A stretch of 64,000 bases of DNA, taken from positions 13,144,001 to 13,208,000 of the forward strand of contig OZ024745.1 of assembly GCA_964016885.1 (NCBI GenBank), read 5' to 3'. The notes under the pieces are model-generated. The model was given only the letters and a program-made list of their open reading frames with translations, searched no databases and had not been told where the DNA came from. Both the position numbers and the translations under genes were made by a program. Below, piece after piece: positions 1-12,025 of this stretch. Position 1 is the first letter of the stretch, and each line of letters starts with the position of its first letter. The stretch comes from Eledone cirrhosa (lineage: Eukaryota).

Positions 1-106
1 CTTGGCTTCATAATGCTATACCATGAAATGTTAAAACATTTATTGAAGAGTGGTTTCCCTTGGAAGTCAACGCCTGTGATATGAATGACGCTATTCTAAC
101 CAGTAA

Positions 107-660
107 CACCACAACCACCACTACCACCACAACCACTACCACAACAATCAGCACTACCACCATAACTACCATCACAACCATCAGCCCCACCACCACCACT
201 ACCACCACAACCACTACCACAACAATCAGCACTACCACCATTACTACCATTACAACCATCAGCACTACCACCACTACCACCACCACCTCTACCACCACAA
301 CCACTACCACAACAATCAGCACTACCACCATTACTACCATCACAACCATCACCCCCCCCCCCCCCCCCCACACCCACCACTACCACCACCACCACTACCA
401 CAACAATCACCACTACCACCTCAACCACTACCACAACAATCAGCACTACCACCATTACTACCATCACAACCACCAGTACCACCACCACCACTACCACCAA
501 CACCACCACCAGTACCACCACCGTCAGTACCACCACTACGACCACCACCCCCACCACAACCACCACCAGTACCACCACAGCCACCACCATCATCACCACC
601 ACCAATACCACCACCACTACCTCCACCAGTACCACCAACACCACCACTAGTACCACCACA
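107..660. repeat. CAC/ACC-rich compound micro/minisatellite
   Basis: Recurring blocks 'accacaaccactaccacaacaatcagcactaccacc'; the poly-T/V/H ORFs are by-products. Confidence 0.9.
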
Positions 661-1317
661 ATTATAAATTAAACAATTAAAAAATTAACAATTAGAAATT
701 AAAAAATTTTTCAAGTGAGAATCCGGTTTGAGGTGAGCAAAAAAATATATAGACTGAAGTGAGTAAATAATATGGAGAGAGATGTTTAAGTAACAAGTTC
801 TGAGAGCGGTTCTAATGTCACAGTTACACACTAATTGTTTAATTTATAATTTCTGATATTTGATTTAGGATTTTAATTTTTATTTCCAACTCTCACTCAT
901 AACTTCCAATGTAAAACCATGATACCTAGAATTAAGTTTATTTTCTTCTTAGCAGTTGATGGTCAGTCGTACTGTCCACGCTTGGTGAGAGGTAGTATTG
1001 TGACCTGTAAAAACTAACACTCTCCCATCCCCTCTGGCTTTCAGCTGACTGCTACAGTCGGGATGGGTAGCAGTAAACTATGGTACAGGCCTAAGTGGGT
1101 CATTGTTTGGCTGAGAGGGTGAAGTGACTAAGCGAATTTCGCTGAAATCTGCGGTAACTAATGGTCAACTCCCTTCGGACATGCGCCTGCGCAGACCGGT
1201 GGGGGTGAATTGGTACTCACAGGGGAACGAATGAAGAACTCAAAAGCACACACTTCGTCCGTTCCCATGTCGATTCAATTTAGATTGCCTCGGAAACATA
1301 ACCTTATTATGTAACAA

Positions 1318-1391
1318 GCTGTCTGATGATGTCACGACACTCGAACACAGAACAGTGTGGCCAGTGTCGTAATTGAAATATATATCACCGC
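1318..1391 (+). ncRNA. Type I hammerhead ribozyme motif in a probable PLE terminal remnant (~720-1515)
   Basis: gctgt-CTGATGA, stem II acgacact/agtgtcgt, GAAA-tatata-TC-accgc; stem I has one mismatch; (TA)n follows ~125 bp later. Confidence 0.65.
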
Positions 1392-1511
1392 ATTATTAAA
1401 GGACTTGAACATCTGAAACTACTTCGCTTTTCCTTATTCGATATTTACTCCGTCACTCCTATGTGGAAAAAGTACGTTGAGTGCTTGAATTGAATTGCAT
1501 CAATGTTTACC

Positions 1512-1558
<47 letters not shown>

Positions 1559-2114
1559 GTTTGAATATGTGTAATAAAGCCAAAACAATGCAGGTATGGA
1601 CATAGAAAAAAGAATGCAATTGTAAAAGATATTGTTGACAATTCGTCCTTTACCTTAGATTTATTTAAATGTCCTTAATTTTCGAGATAATATCTCTTCT
1701 TCAGAGGGAAATAAATGTCTCAAACCAGCGTTCTAAATATCTTGCCAAGTCATGCTGACAGGAAATAGTATAGAGTATCTGTTCTATCTCTAATGTCAAA
1801 GAGTTAAAATTAGGTGGATAAAGAGTAGTCTCCCTTTAAAAGGGGTTTGTTTAGGGTTTTTTTAATTTTTTTTTATTTTATATACATGCCTGTATAAGTG
1901 TGTGGGAGAATGCATGAAGGTGTAAGTATGTGAGTGTGTGTGTGTGAGTGTGAGAAGATAAGTCTATTCGTAAATGTGGGGGATAGGTGTTATCTGGTGT
2001 TAGAACTGGTTTTGTGTGTGTATGTGTGAGAGAGAATAAGTGGAGGTGTAAGCGTGTGTGTGTGCGCGTGCGTGTGCGTGTGTGGGGTGTGTAAATATGG
2101 GGCTAGAAGCCCTA

Positions 2115-4628
2115 TCAGGTTATAAATTGGGTGTTGAGTTCTAGTCTATTATTGATTGGTTGTTGTGTTTTATCTATAATTAGTGCTTCCTTAATTCTAA
2201 GATTGCCGAGGTTTCTTTCCTTAGTTTCTATCCTAACTGTTATGGTTTTGTCGGTGTTTTTGCATTTAACTAAGTGTTTCTTAAATGAGGAAGCGTTAGT
2301 ATTGAGGTGTTCTTTTATTCTTATGTGGAGTGGTCTGGTGGTGCTACCTACGTAGAAGTTGTTGCATTTGTCACACTCTAGTCTGTATACAACGTAAGCC
2401 CGGTGGCATAGGTCTGTGTCGTTGATGGGGCAGTTAGCTAGTCTGCAGCAGTTGTCATGTCTGGTGGAGTGTCTCTTGGCCAGCCGTCCGCGCAGAGAAG
2501 GACCCGAGTGGGCCAGTTGGATATCCAGTCCCTCTCGTCTGATGGCTCTGCGGATGGCTGTTGTTGTTTCTTCACTGAAGTGTGGGAGCTTCAGGAAGCA
2601 AGTGTTAGTGCCTCGGGTGTGGTGTCCTCTGTTCTTTCTGGCACGGTTTGTGGTGGATGTCGTGTATCCGTTCAGTTTGAGTACTTCCAGGAAATGTCTG
2701 GTGTGTGTGTCTCGGTCTCTAGCGTCGGTGCATTTGTACCGGATACGTGCCAATTCGTTCCTTCTGTATCCGAACTTGGCACCGAGTGGGAGGGCCGATC
2801 TGAAATGTACGAACAGGTCCCTGCTGGCGGCTTTTTTATAGAAGCAGGTGTGGATGTTGCCTTCCTCTGTTACCCTGAGTTGGAAGTCCAGTAGGGATAG
2901 GGATCCGCGGTCATCGGGGTGTTCCATGCTGAACTTTATACTGGCGTCCATGCTGGAGAATGTTGTGTATATTTTATCTACCTCCTCACGGGATGATGTA
3001 AGGATGAGTATGTCATCTACATATCGGGTGAAGAAGGCATGGGAATGGCAGGTGTTGAGGGCTCGGCATTCTAGCTGGTTCATGTAGGTGATGGCCAGCA
3101 GGCCCGATAGGCTGGATCCCATGGGTAATCCTGTTGTCTGTTTGTATGTGTGGTGGTGGAAGGTGAAGTACGTGTTGTCTACTGTGAAGGACAAAAGCTG
3201 GTGTATGTCCGTCGGGTGGAGGCCGTAGCAGTGGATGTCCTCTGCGACCACGCAGTCTGTCAATAAATCGACAGCTGGATGAGCGGGGACTGTAGTGTAG
3301 AGGGAGACAACGTCGAGGCTAAAAGCGTATTTATTTAGTTTAAGTTGTTCTGGCTGGAGTTGGTGTAGTCTACGTATAACTTCGTCGGAGCTACTGACAT
3401 ACCCGGGAAAGGTGGAGAGTAGAGGCTTGAGGACCTGGGAGAGGAGCCAGGAAATTTTGTATAGGGGTCCTTCTATGCTAGAGACGATGGGTCTTATTTG
3501 CGTCTTAGTACTATTCTTGTGGGTCTTGATGAGGTGGTAGAAAGTGGGCAGTCTGCTATTTCTAGTGGTGTAGTTGAGCTTAACTTTATTTGGGAGTTTT
3601 CTTCTCCTAGAGATATCGAACCAAATGGAGTTGGTCTGTTTTTCGATCTGGGCTGCAGTCATGTCCGGGATCACTGTGTATAATTCACTGTCGCTTAGGT
3701 GTTCAAAGGCTAGGTTATTGTATGTGTCTTGAGAGATGACGCAAAACTCTTTACCTTTGTCGGATGGTAAGTATATAAGTTCTCTATTCCGTAGGTTCTT
3801 CAGGGCGAGTTGTTGTGTCCTGGAGAGGTTTGGGGCTATCTTCTTCTGTTTCCGTAAGATGTTAAATACGGAATGTTTTAGTCTCGAGAGTTTTTCTTCA
3901 AGCTCGCGGTTGGCAGGCGGTGGACAGAGTGGGCGATCTAGTTGGTATATCGGGAATCTGGGTTTGATGGATTCCGTGGTGTTGTTGTCGAGAGTCGATA
4001 TCCATTTTAGTTGGTAGGCAGCCCGACAGAAATTCGTTTCTATGTCGAGCCATAGTTTGTAGTCCAGTCTCTGTTTCAATATGAACTTGGGACCCAGGCT
4101 GAGGAGGTCTAATTCCTCTCGGGAGAGGGATCCTGTCAAGTCTGTGACGAGGTGTTTTGCGTCAGGTGTGTTGTTGGTCGGGGCGCCGCTAGGTTCGGTG
4201 TTGGTACCGTCTTGTTCGCCTCTGTTGGTGTTTAGAGTTGGGATGTTGTTAAGACAGTTGGCCGTCCTGAGTTTGAGAAATTTTTGCGTTAGACGTATTT
4301 TCTCGTAGTCTCGGCGGTGGTGGTATGACCTGTCTATAGTGGCGGAGATGACTCTGGACAGAGGTTCTGGGGTTTCAGCAACTTGTGGTACAAGGCTGGA
4401 AATAGTCCGTATGTGATGTTGTAGCGTGCGGTATAGGTGTTGTATGAGTTTTCTTAGGCAGAATTTTTGTATGTAACTAAGTGATCGTTTGAGGCCTGGT
4501 GATTTGAAGCATGTTGGTAGGTGCAAATTGTTGATAGTTTTGGGGATGATGTTGTTATTCAGGCATCGTTTTAGGAAGTTTATTTGGCAGCCGGCTTTGG
4601 CGCGCTTTTCAGATAGCTGGAAGTTTCT
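2115..4628 (-). CDS. PLE reverse transcriptase + C-terminal GIY-YIG endonuclease (stop-to-stop frame, start unresolved)
   Basis: FLKRCLNNNIIPK N-terminal motif upstream of the called TTG; SDKG, IKTHK, IRPIVS, SLDVVSLYT, GLPMGS, RYVDD, SLLDF; Cys-rich linker; VVY..CDKC..FYVGST.RPL..RIKEH; KEALII; INN. Confidence 0.95.
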   Translation of the reverse strand, partial: RNFQLSEKRAKAGCQINFLKRCLNNNIIPKTINNLHLPTCFKSPGLKRSLSYIQKFCLRKLIQHLYRTLQHHIRTISSLVPQVAETPEPLSRVISATIDRSYHHRRDYEKIRLTQKFLKLRTANCLNNIPTLNTNRGEQDGTNTEPSGAPTNNTPDAKHLVTDLTGSLSREELDLLSLGPKFILKQRLDYKLWLDIETNFCRAAYQLKWISTLDNNTTESIKPRFPIYQLDRPLCPPPANRELEEKLSRLKHSVFNILRKQKKIAPNLSRTQQLALKNLRNRELIYLPSDKGKEFCVISQDTYNNLAFEHLSDSELYTVIPDMTAAQIEKQTNSIWFDISRRRKLPNKVKLNYTTRNSRLPTFYHLIKTHKNSTKTQIRPIVSSIEGPLYKISWLLSQVLKPLLSTFPGYVSSSDEVIRRLHQLQPEQLKLNKYAFSLDVVSLYTTVPAHPAVDLLTDCVVAEDIHCYGLHPTDIHQLLSFTVDNTYFTFHHHTYKQTTGLPMGSSLSGLLAITYMNQLECRALNTCHSHAFFTRYVDDILILTSSREEVDKIYTTFSSMDASIKFSMEHPDDRGSLSLLDFQLRVTEEGNIHTCFYKKAASRDLFVHFRSALPLGAKFGYRRNELARIRYKCTDARDRDTHTRHFLEVLKLNGYTTSTTNRARKNRGHHTRGTNTCFLKLPHFSEETTTAIRRAIRREGLDIQLAHSGPSLRGRLAKRHSTRHDNCCRLANCPINDTDLCHRAYVVYRLECDKCNNFYVGSTTRPLHIRIKEHLNTNASSFKKHLVKCKNTDKTITVRIETKERNLGNLRIKEALIIDKTQQPINNRLELNTQFIT

Positions 4629-5253
4629 TTACAGTTGTGAACTGGGCCTGGCTCAGGCGTAAGGAAAGGAGGAGGTTATAGTTCACTTGAAGTATTGTGT
4701 AATGAGGTATAAACGTTTGAATATGTGTAATAAAGCCAAAACAATGCAGGTATGGACATAGAAAAAAGAATGCAATTGTAAAAGATATTGTTGACAATTC
4801 GTCCTTTACCTTAGATTTATTTAAATATCCTTAATTTTCGAGATAATATCTCTTCTTCAGAGGGAAATAAAGGTCTCAAACCAGCGTTCTAAATATCTTG
4901 CCAAGCCATGCTGACAGGAAATAGTATAGAGTATCTGTTCTATCTCTAATGTCAAAGAGTTAAAATTAGGTGGATAAAGAGTAGTCTCCCTTTAAAAGGG
5001 GGTTTGTTTAGGTTTTTTTTTATTTTTTTTTATTTTATATACATGCCTGTATAAGTGTGTGGGAGAATGCATGAAGGTGTAAGTATGTGAGTGTGTGTGT
5101 GTGAGTGTGAGAAGATAAGTCTATTCGTAAATGTGGGGGATAGGTGTTATCTGGTGTTAGAACTGGTTTTGTGTGTGTATGTGTGAGAGAGAATAAGTGG
5201 AGGTGTAAACGTGTGTGTGTGTGGGGTGTGTCAATATGGGGCTAGAAGCCCTA

Positions 5254-5831
5254 TCAGGTTATAAATTGGGTGTTGAGTTCTAGTCTATTATTGATTGGTG
5301 GTTGTGTTTTATCTATAATTAGTGCTTCCTTAATTCTGAGATTGCCGAGGTTTCTTTCCTTAGTTTCTATCCTAACTGTTATGGTTTTGTCGGTGTTTTT
5401 GCATTTAACAAGGTGTTTCTTAAATGAGGAAGAGTTAGTATTGAGGTGTTCTTTTATTCTTATGTGGAGTGGTCTGGTGGTGCTACCTACGTAGAAGTTG
5501 TTGCATTTGTCACACTCTAGTCTGTATACAACGTAAGCCCGGTGGCATAGGTCTGTGTCGTTGATGGGGCAGTTAGCTAGTCTGCAGCAGTTGTCATGCC
5601 TGGTGGAGTGTCTCTTGGCCAGCCGTCCGCGCAGAGAAGAACCCGAGTGGGCCAGTTGGATATCCAGTCCCTCTCGTCTGATGGCTCTGCGGATGGCTGT
5701 TGTTGTTTCTTCACTGAAGTGTGGGAGCTTCAGGAAGCAAGTGTTAGTGCCTCGGGTGTGGTGTCCTCTGTTCTTTCTGGCACGGTTTGTGGTGGATGTC
5801 GTGTATCCGTTCAGTTTGAGTACTTCCAGGA
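5254..5831 (-). pseudogene. Duplicated GIY-YIG-coding 3' part of the family A ORF within the tandem copy
   Basis: Near-identical to the last ~190 aa of the main ORF; the N-terminus of the predicted ORF is just the inversion junction. Confidence 0.9.
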
Positions 5832-6317
5832 GAATTAAGGAAGCACTAATTATAGATAAAACACAACCACCAACCAATAATAGACTAGAACTCAACACCC
5901 AATTTATAACCTGATAGGGCTTCTAGCCCCATATTTACACACCCGACACACACACACGCACGCGCAAACACACACGCTTACACCTCCACTTATTCTCTCT
6001 CACACATACACACACAAAACCAGTTCTAACACCAGATAACACCTATCCCCCACATTTACGAATAGACTTATCTTCTCACACTTACACACACACACTCACA
6101 TACTTACACCTTCATGCATTCTCCCACACACTTATACAGGCATGTATATAAAATAATTTTAAAAAAAAAACCCTAAACAAACCCCTTTTAAAGGGAGACT
6201 ACTCTTTATCCACCTAATTTTAACTCTTTGACATTAGAGATAGAACAGATACTCTATACTATTTCCTGTCAGCATGGCTTAGCAAGATATTTAGAACGCT
6301 GGTTTGAGACCTTTATT

Positions 6318-6356
6318 TCCCTCTGAAGAAGAGATATTATCTCGAAAATTAAGGAC
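6318..6356 (+). ncRNA. Minimal HHR motif of family A pLTR (also 1671-1710 and 4828-4866 on minus)
   Basis: cct-CTGAAGA-a-gagatattatctc-GAAA-at-TA-agg; palindromic stem II, very short stems I and III. Confidence 0.55.
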
Positions 6357-6468
6357 ATTTAAATAAATCTAAGGTAAAGGACGAATTGTCAACAATATCT
6401 TTTACAATTGCATTCTTTTTTCTATGTCCATACCTGCATTGTTTTGGCTTTATTACACATATTCAAAC

Positions 6469-6838
<370 letters not shown>

Positions 6839-6879
6839 TATGAAATATAAGTATCAAAGAACTGTTCAAAACATTATTG

Positions 6880-6926
6880 TGCTTACAGCTGTTTCCTCCA
6901 AACCGAGGTTTGGATTCTTCGGAGCA
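6880..6926 (-). ncRNA. HHR motif of family B pLTR, CCGAAGA core variant (also 11074-11120 -, 17868-17914 -, 18638-18684 +)
   Basis: tgct-CCGAAGA-a-tccaaacc-tc-ggtttgga-g-GAAA-cagctg-TA-agca; stems I and II pair; palindromic stem III. Confidence 0.75.
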
Positions 6927-8364
6927 ATTTATTAATGCATGGACAGTTATATGACCTCCTTTTCAGCCGAGAGACATACCAATACATCTTCAAACATTGA
7001 TACATATTCAAACATTGTGGGTCAACATTCATTACAGAATTTAGAGTGGCAGTACACACTTCGGGATTACATTTATATTAATAGGTACAATCGAAAATCA
7101 AAGATATAGGTTAAAGTACAACAGGAAGATAAGTGGTTATATAGTGCAAATGTTATATGTGTGGCACGCATGTGCGTCTTGTTTATATAGTGTGGCAGAG
7201 AGATATGTGTGGTAGAGGCACTTAGGTAGGTAAATAAGAGTGTTAGGTTGGTAGATCTGGTGGCAAATTCTTTATATGATTGATATAGTCTGTGTGTGGA
7301 GAAATATTATAAGCATTAAAGATAGTGCAAGCATTGAAAGTGTTATAAGTAATGGAGATGCACAGCGCAGGGATGTCAAGTATTTCATGTACTTCGGCAT
7401 TTTCATGGTCAGGGGAGTGTGTATTTCGATTATATGCCCTTCACATAATCCACGACAATCCAGTTAGAGATCGTAGTCTGGTGTTCTTTAGTTCGGTACA
7501 GGAGGTTGTTACGTTTCGAGAAACGCCATTGAATACCGGAAGTGTGTGTGTGGCTAAGGGGAGTTAATGCATGCGGGGAGGTAACTCTGGGGTTTCTATA
7601 TCTAGCCATTAAAATGTGTCCCAATATAGACCCTAATTCTATGGTGATGTGCACCTTCCAAGAGAGACTTTTAAAGCATAAGTGTATTAACTATAGAGTA
7701 GTTTAACTAAGTTATGCTGAAGGTGATCATATTATTATGGAGGATTAACCCATCTTAAGGTGCCACAAATGGAAATTATAGATGATGAGCGAGGATTCTA
7801 AATTAATGATCTCTGTGGTTGTAGTCTGCTCATATGACCAGGCGCGGTGATTGCAGGATTGCTTCAGGACCCAATGATCTCTGGTAAGATCTGGGTCATC
7901 GCTTGCTACAATGGATGTCGAAAGATAATCGTCCCCAGGCAGGCCAAAGGTCAATCCGCAGTCCTCGCGACCCCTCTCTGAACGTCAGATCATCCATATA
8001 CGTACAACCCGCACGGCAGTTGCAATGCATTCCCTCACTGCGCTCAGCAGCCCGGTCCTACTGGTCAACAGCGCTACTCGATTAAATCATTTTACATCTG
8101 TCTAAGGAAGGTGTTTCCTTTGCCCAACACTATCCAACCGATCAATTCATGCTCAAATTACCCCTAGAGCGGTGTAGTGCCGTTCAATTGGGTGGATGTT
8201 GTCACACCTGCCGTAGAGGTATAAATGGGTATTTTCCCTGCGATGGGTTCCAGAGGGATGTCGTTGTTTGTGTTATAATGGATCAGCTAGTGTTGGGTAT
8301 GTAGTATAGGGTGTGTCTCTGGTGTTTGATGCTAGATGTGGTGTTAGGTTCCAGTTCGACATTG

Positions 8365-10824
8365 CTATATATAGGGCTTAAAGTTTTGGAAGGAATGTCT
8401 GAGGCGGTACTGGCAAGTTGCAAACACCTCAGATTTTTTGTTAAGTAGGTTACGGTTGGAGAAGATAATATTGTGTGTCTCTAGTATACAGAGGTTACAG
8501 AATTTATTAGGTGGTTTGTACGAGGTCGCGCTGCCTATCACTTCCCATTTGAGTGTGTATGGTTTATTTTTAGATTTTAGATAGTGTATGTAGCTAGAAA
8601 GTGAGGTGGAGTTGGCTAGGCTGTGCTTTTTGAACGAGTGGATGTGCGAGTTATATCTGATTTTGAAGCAGTTAGAAGTGGAGCCTACATAGGTTTCTGA
8701 AGAGTTATTAGTCGTGACGGTGCATGAGTATATGACATCCTTGGTTAGGCATTTTTTATCTAAAGGGCAGGTTCTATTAGCTCTACAGTTACAATTATCC
8801 TGTGCGTTAGTCCGCTGGTTATAATGCAATGCTGAAGTCTGTGTGGTGGATATAGGATTTTGGGTGTTCGGGTTGACAACCCTGGTGTTATTACTTATAC
8901 TAGTGTTATTTCTATTGTTACTGCCGTTGCTATGGTTGCTTGCTACAGTGGTATTTAGAGGGTTTGCATCCCGTTGTGATTTTGTTTGTTGGAAGTAAGA
9001 ACTAATTTTACTATTATTGCTGCTAGCTATGTGGTATGCTAAGTTAGGCGTCGTAGAGTATGAGATTTTAATGGTGTTTTTGTTTAAGAGGTTGTGGTAC
9101 TTGTGTCCTAGAGGGAAGTTTTTATCTAGTAGTGAGAAGAAAGCCCTAGGTATGTTGGTGGAGACATTTAGGTTGAAAGGAGGGTTGAAAAATGTATTAT
9201 TTCTTCTTCTATTTTTGCTTTTAGTGTTTGGTGTGTTGCTTCCTCCTAAGGCCCCACAGTAGTTTCCATGGTAATGGTTACTTCCGGTGGCACCCTCCGC
9301 TTTGGTGTACTTGTGGTTGCTATTCCTATTATTAGATTTCCTCATGGACATGTTGTGCGAGATGATGTTGTAGCTATGTGTTTTCTTAGGTAGGAACTCA
9401 ATTTCTATATTATGGCCGGAGCTAGCTAATGCTTGATTGTAATCTTGTGAGTTTTTGCTAAATATGTTTGCGTCATAGGACAGACTAGAGATTCTATTGG
9501 ACACCCCCTTAGAGATAGAGTTTAATATTGATCTAGGGTGATTAGACTTGGTATCTACGTAAATAAGTTTCTCATTAGGCTTATGGAAAGGTGTATATAT
9601 TTTTGAGTCTAGGTATAGTGTGGCGTCTAGGAAGTTAACATTTTTAGTGTTTTTGTCCATGGTGATACTAAGGTTAAAGTTTTTGAATGTCTTATGCAGT
9701 TGTTTTCTAGTTCTTTCTATATTAAATTTTTTATATTCTATGAGTAGAAGTGCATCATCGCGGTACAAACCACCGTTGAGGTAAGGGAGGTCTTTATGGA
9801 TTTCATTGAGGAGGTATAGGCCGACCAAATCCGTGACCTGCGCCGAGTCACTAGATCCCATGGTTATGTCGAAGTTGTTGTGCGTATCCTTGCGTGTCCA
9901 TAGTTGGTCCTCGAAGGTGATTATGGTTTTACGGGCCGCAAGGATGACATCAACCTGGGCTCTAGTCAGGTCGCTATTCGTCATGGCCATGATAAGTGCC
10001 TTATTTAATAGGATAGGGGAAATAGAGGTGTAGTATGAATTGATATCAAATTGAATAAATTTTTTGTTCTTATTATTCTTGATATCCTTGAACCATTCAA
10101 TTACTTCGCCCGTATTTCCCCATTGTTTAAGGTGTATCTTGTGTTTAATTTGTGGGATGATTTTATCCAAAATCTTCTTGCTGATAATACCAATGTCGGA
10201 CTTGGAAGGGCAGATAAGTCTTATCGTGGGGTTGCTGATGAAGTTCTCCTTATGGTCCTTCAGAGAGAATCTAGGGGGGTTCGGAGTGAAAGGTTGTGTA
10301 TGCCTCTGTAGTCCTAGTTTAGACACTATATTAAAACCCTCTACATTAATATCTTCTAAGTTTTTCAAGGTGGTTTTTTTGTAGCTTTTATGTAGTTCAT
10401 TATATATAAACTTTCTATAAGTATTATAATCTAGGCTGTATATGTTATTAGTTTTATCTGCGTGTACAATAATTTTATTACTAGTTTTGAATCCAATAAT
10501 AGAAGTGTTAAGTTTGTTTAAGAAGGTGTTGCTTCTAATATGGTGCTTATTGTATTTAATGTTCTTAACTAGTTTAACTAGGTCATTTTCAAAGGAGTTA
10601 AGTAGAGTGTTATGAGGGGGGCTTTTAAAGGTTTTAAAGCCGAAGGAGTCAAAATTGTTAGTATTATTCAAGTTGTTAGATTTGTTTCTATCATAATGGA
10701 ATGTCCTCCATCTCACTCTATTGATAAATGAATTTACACTGTTGATCAGCAATTTCTCATATGTATTCCTGGATGGTATTGGTATGTTCTTGGTTGACAT
10801 GGGGAGTTGGTCTTTGATTAGCAT
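8365..10824 (-). CDS. PLE reverse transcriptase + GIY-YIG endonuclease, Naiad-like, 819 aa
   Basis: ADKTNN, LKDHK, RLICP, FDINSYY, ITMGS, GLYRDD, NFLD, SNHP; CNCR..CPL..CL..VIY..YVGST..FKIRY..H; CNLC.LE; LLNKKSE. Clade assigned from remembered motifs, not a tree. Confidence 0.93.
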   Translation of the reverse strand: MLIKDQLPMSTKNIPIPSRNTYEKLLINSVNSFINRVRWRTFHYDRNKSNNLNNTNNFDSFGFKTFKSPPHNTLLNSFENDLVKLVKNIKYNKHHIRSNTFLNKLNTSIIGFKTSNKIIVHADKTNNIYSLDYNTYRKFIYNELHKSYKKTTLKNLEDINVEGFNIVSKLGLQRHTQPFTPNPPRFSLKDHKENFISNPTIRLICPSKSDIGIISKKILDKIIPQIKHKIHLKQWGNTGEVIEWFKDIKNNKNKKFIQFDINSYYTSISPILLNKALIMAMTNSDLTRAQVDVILAARKTIITFEDQLWTRKDTHNNFDITMGSSDSAQVTDLVGLYLLNEIHKDLPYLNGGLYRDDALLLIEYKKFNIERTRKQLHKTFKNFNLSITMDKNTKNVNFLDATLYLDSKIYTPFHKPNEKLIYVDTKSNHPRSILNSISKGVSNRISSLSYDANIFSKNSQDYNQALASSGHNIEIEFLPKKTHSYNIISHNMSMRKSNNRNSNHKYTKAEGATGSNHYHGNYCGALGGSNTPNTKSKNRRRNNTFFNPPFNLNVSTNIPRAFFSLLDKNFPLGHKYHNLLNKNTIKISYSTTPNLAYHIASSNNSKISSYFQQTKSQRDANPLNTTVASNHSNGSNNRNNTSISNNTRVVNPNTQNPISTTQTSALHYNQRTNAQDNCNCRANRTCPLDKKCLTKDVIYSCTVTTNNSSETYVGSTSNCFKIRYNSHIHSFKKHSLANSTSLSSYIHYLKSKNKPYTLKWEVIGSATSYKPPNKFCNLCILETHNIIFSNRNLLNKKSEVFATCQYRLRHSFQNFKPYI

Positions 10825-11204
10825 ATTGGCAATATTATATGTCAGCTCAACGATATGGAGCAGTTAATAGTATTAGTTATACTATTTATGGTTATGTAAA
10901 TACAAAACCTTAAGCAGTTGTAAGTATTTTACACACACCCTAAATAGTGGTAGGCAGTAATGTATTACTATCTTATTACCAGTAAGTTAAGTAGCTCAAT
11001 GTAAAAACATCAGATGATTTACAGAGCAGTTATATGAAATATAAGAATCAAAGAACTGTTCAAAACATTATTGTGCTTACAGCTGTTTCCTCCAAACTGA
11101 GGTTTGGATTCTTCGGAGCAATTTATTAATGCATGGACAGTTATATGACCTCCTTTTCAGCCGAGAGACATACCAATACATCTTCAAACATTGATACATA
11201 TATA

Positions 11205-11416
11205 TAATATAAGATCAAAAGATGGTTAAAAGATTTCCAAGTATTTTACTATGCGCATTTCAAAAACAAATATCATCATGGGATGATATCTGCGTTCTCA
11301 TCAGATAAAATTTTCTCTGATGAGAACGCAGATATCATCCCATGATGATATTTGTTTTTGAAATGCGCATAATAAAATACTTGGAACTCTTTTAACCATC
11401 TGTTGATTTTATATTA
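11205..11416. repeat. ~210-bp near-perfect palindrome with one HHR per arm
   Basis: Centre at 11310/11311; each arm reads outward CTGATGA-long stem II-GAAA-tgcgca-TA-rtaaaa. Confidence 0.85.
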
Positions 11417-11500
11417 TTTATATTCCAGTCCTTCAAACTGTAGAGTGCTACTTATCCGATATTTGCATTGCTTTATTATGCTACAATAAAACTTATCTCC

Positions 11501-11560
<60 letters not shown>

Positions 11561-11561
<1 letters not shown>

Positions 11562-11665
11562 TAGCTTTGCGGTCAAGGTTTTCGAATCATGGCCGCAAGG
11601 CGATAAGTTGGATTCTCTGAGTAGGTGGCACGTTGTGTCCTTGAGCAAGGCACTTTATTTCATGT
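11561..11665 (+). mobile_element. tRNA-derived SINE fragment (same family reversed at ~26140-26300)
   Basis: Shared core gtgtccttgagcaaggcactttatttca / tgaaataaagtgtcttgctcaaggaaac and a degenerate tRNA-like head. Confidence 0.6.
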
Positions 11666-11779
11666 CATATATATTATATATATATATATATACATATATC
11701 AGGGCGAAGGGTCCATGCATTCAACGCATGCAGTGCATGCGTTATAGAATCTTGAGTTGATCAATTGCGTCGGTTGAAG

Positions 11780-11831
11780 CAAGCAGAAGTTTGGCTGCTT
11801 ACTAAAACGTATAGACACAAAAAGATAACAT

Positions 11832-11864
<33 letters not shown>

Positions 11865-11947
11865 CACAAACACATACACACAAACACACGACAGCTTTGG
11901 GGCAAGCAGAATTTTGACCGCTTACTAAATCGTAGACACATAAAAAG

Positions 11948-11988
<41 letters not shown>

Positions 11989-12025
11989 ACAAACACACAC
12001 ACACATACACACAAACACACGACAG
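11780..12025. repeat. Two ~120-bp tandem units with (CA)n at the Helitron break
   Basis: aagcagaa..gcttactaaa..tagacaca.aaaagataaca(ca)n..acacacgacag occurs twice. Confidence 0.75.

Noticed and set aside
8-659. Poly-Thr/Val/His ORFs; likewise YIYI, CVCV and poly-Cys ORFs elsewhere
   Set aside because: Translations of microsatellites.
7855-7910. SECIS element in the family B 3' UTR (minus: ATGAcccagatct..agatcattgggtcctGAA)
   Set aside because: A hairpin exists but lacks the apical AA and a proper GA quartet register, and the ORF has no in-frame UGA.
11561-11600. Helitron 3' terminus (hairpin plus CTAG on minus)
   Set aside because: Hairpin-to-CTAG spacing is too short and the segment reads better as a SINE head on plus.
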